DNA from: an uncultured Alphaproteobacteria bacterium
Lineage (GTDB): Bacteria; Pseudomonadota; Alphaproteobacteria; Methylaequorales; Methylaequoraceae
DNA length: 64,000 nt
Assembly: GCA_902526175.1 (NCBI GenBank)
Contig: CABZJY010000001.1
Location: 134,698 to 198,697 of the forward strand
Direction of reading: 5' to 3'
This document shows positions 63,099 through 64,000 of this stretch, in pieces. The first letter of the stretch is position 1, and the number at the start of each line of letters is the position of its first letter. Below the pieces are notes generated by a model. The model made no database searches. It was given only the letters and a program-made list of their open reading frames with translations, and was not told the origin of the DNA. Position numbers and translations under genes: made by a program.

Positions 63099-63343
63099 AA
63101 ATAATTTACTTTGCTAATGTTAAAGAATTAATTGGAAAGGATAGTGAGTTTATAAAAATAGACAAACCGTTAAAAATTAGTGAGATTATCGAAATCTTAG
63201 TTAATAGGAGTGAAAAACATAGAAAAGCATTTACTGTAATACCCAATCTGGCTTGTTCAATAAATTGTTGTTTTTCTGACTTTAATCAACTTGTGAATGA
63301 TAGTGACGAAATAGCTTTCTTTCCGCCGGTTACAGGAGGTTAG
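63095..63343 (+). CDS. moaD: Molybdopterin synthase sulfur carrier subunit
   Basis: YFA..KE..G, C-terminal DEIAFFPPVTGG. Confidence 0.95.
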   Translation: MKIIYFANVKELIGKDSEFIKIDKPLKISEIIEILVNRSEKHRKAFTVIPNLACSINCCFSDFNQLVNDSDEIAFFPPVTGG

Positions 63344-63344
63344 A

Positions 63345-63797
63345 ATAAAAATCTTAATTCAAAAAAAAATAATTAACCTCTATAAGGAATTAAAAAACTT
63401 TTCTAATTTAAATGGAGATTCTGGTGCAATTGTGGAATTTGTAGGAAAAGTTAGAAAAAATTCAAATTCAAGAATTCTTAAAGGAATGTTTATAGAATGC
63501 TACAAAAAAATGGCAGAAAGTCAAATTCAAATCATAGCAAATGATGCTATGAGAAAATGGAATTTAGACGATTACAAGATCATTCATAGGTACGGTAATT
63601 TAGATGTAGGTGATGTAATAGTAATAGTTATGGTATCAAGTCAACACAGAAAAGACGGATTAGAGGCAACTTCATACATAATAGACTGGCTGAAAATAAG
63701 ATCTCCATTCTGGAAAAAAGAGATTTATAGTGATTCAGAAAAATGGGTAGAACAAAATAACAAAGATCTAAAAATAATAGGTAGATTTAGTCATTAA
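63345..63797 (+). CDS. moaE: Molybdopterin synthase catalytic subunit
   Basis: GAIVEFVGKVR, IHRYGNL..GD, HRKD, DWLK..SPFWKKE. The conserved N-terminus extends upstream of GTG 63432 to ATA 63345. Confidence 0.93.
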   Translation: MKILIQKKIINLYKELKNFSNLNGDSGAIVEFVGKVRKNSNSRILKGMFIECYKKMAESQIQIIANDAMRKWNLDDYKIIHRYGNLDVGDVIVIVMVSSQHRKDGLEATSYIIDWLKIRSPFWKKEIYSDSEKWVEQNNKDLKIIGRFSH

Positions 63798-64000
63798 CAA
63801 TCTCACTAAATTTTTTCATAAGCCTTTTTGTCATATATCTTTGCTCAAAAATAATGTTGTCTATTCTTTTTACTGGAGTAATTTCAACAGCAGTTCCGGT
63901 CAAAAATACTTCTTCACATCCTTTTATAAATGATGGTCTAAGAAATTTCTCGACTACTTTTATTTTAAGTTTTTTAGCAATTTTTATAACTGTCTGTCTT
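63787..64000 (-). CDS. ilvE: Branched-chain amino acid aminotransferase (class IV PLP), C-terminal part only
   Basis: Translated by hand: [18 protein letters not shown]...EEVFLTGTAVEITPV..ID, then TAA at 63787. Confidence 0.85.
   Translation of the reverse strand, partial: RQTVIKIAKKLKIKVVEKFLRPSFIKGCEEVFLTGTAVEITPVKRIDNIIFEQRYMTKRLMKKFSEIVND

Noticed and set aside
1-64000. CRISPR arrays, IS elements, prophage or defence systems
   Set aside because: No regularly spaced repeats, transposase, integrase, phage structural or defence-like ORFs were recognised by eye.

Overview
A very AT-rich, streamlined alphaproteobacterial chromosome segment, probably from a marine lineage (inference). The alphaproteobacterial assignment rests on the FtsZ tail IPAFLRRQAN, the alpha-type SspB, and the gene orders rpoD-dnaG-yqeY/carAB-greA and SDR-uvrC-pgsA-mobB-moeA-moaDE. 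The window starts at the edge of a sugar-nucleotide cluster. It then crosses a ~5 kb accessory stretch around tRNA-Leu(TAA) with several small ORFs. The rest is core genes: sspB, fumC, rnpB, a complete dcw cluster, lpxC-bamD-recN, uvrD, metF with a split metH, mlaAC, tRNA-Ile2, rpoD, dnaG, carAB, greA, trxB, uvrB, uvrC and molybdopterin genes. No integrase, IS, prophage or CRISPR array was seen. The most notable observations are: (1) a DUF2946/CruR-like CxxC leader ORF ending in a non-canonical NSPP instead of RAPP, whose final codons are complementary to the SD of a downstream His/Met-rich outer-membrane protein, a candidate metal-sensing ribosome-stalling switch; (2) an unannotated ~200-bp self-contained transcription unit with a promoter, a 13-nt perfect complement to the 16S 3' end, a 25-aa ORF and a terminator; (3) ftsZ relocated between mraZ and rsmH; (4) metF and moaE, whose conserved N-termini have no ATG/GTG/TTG, implying ATA/ATT initiation; (5) DnaA boxes upstream of uvrC.
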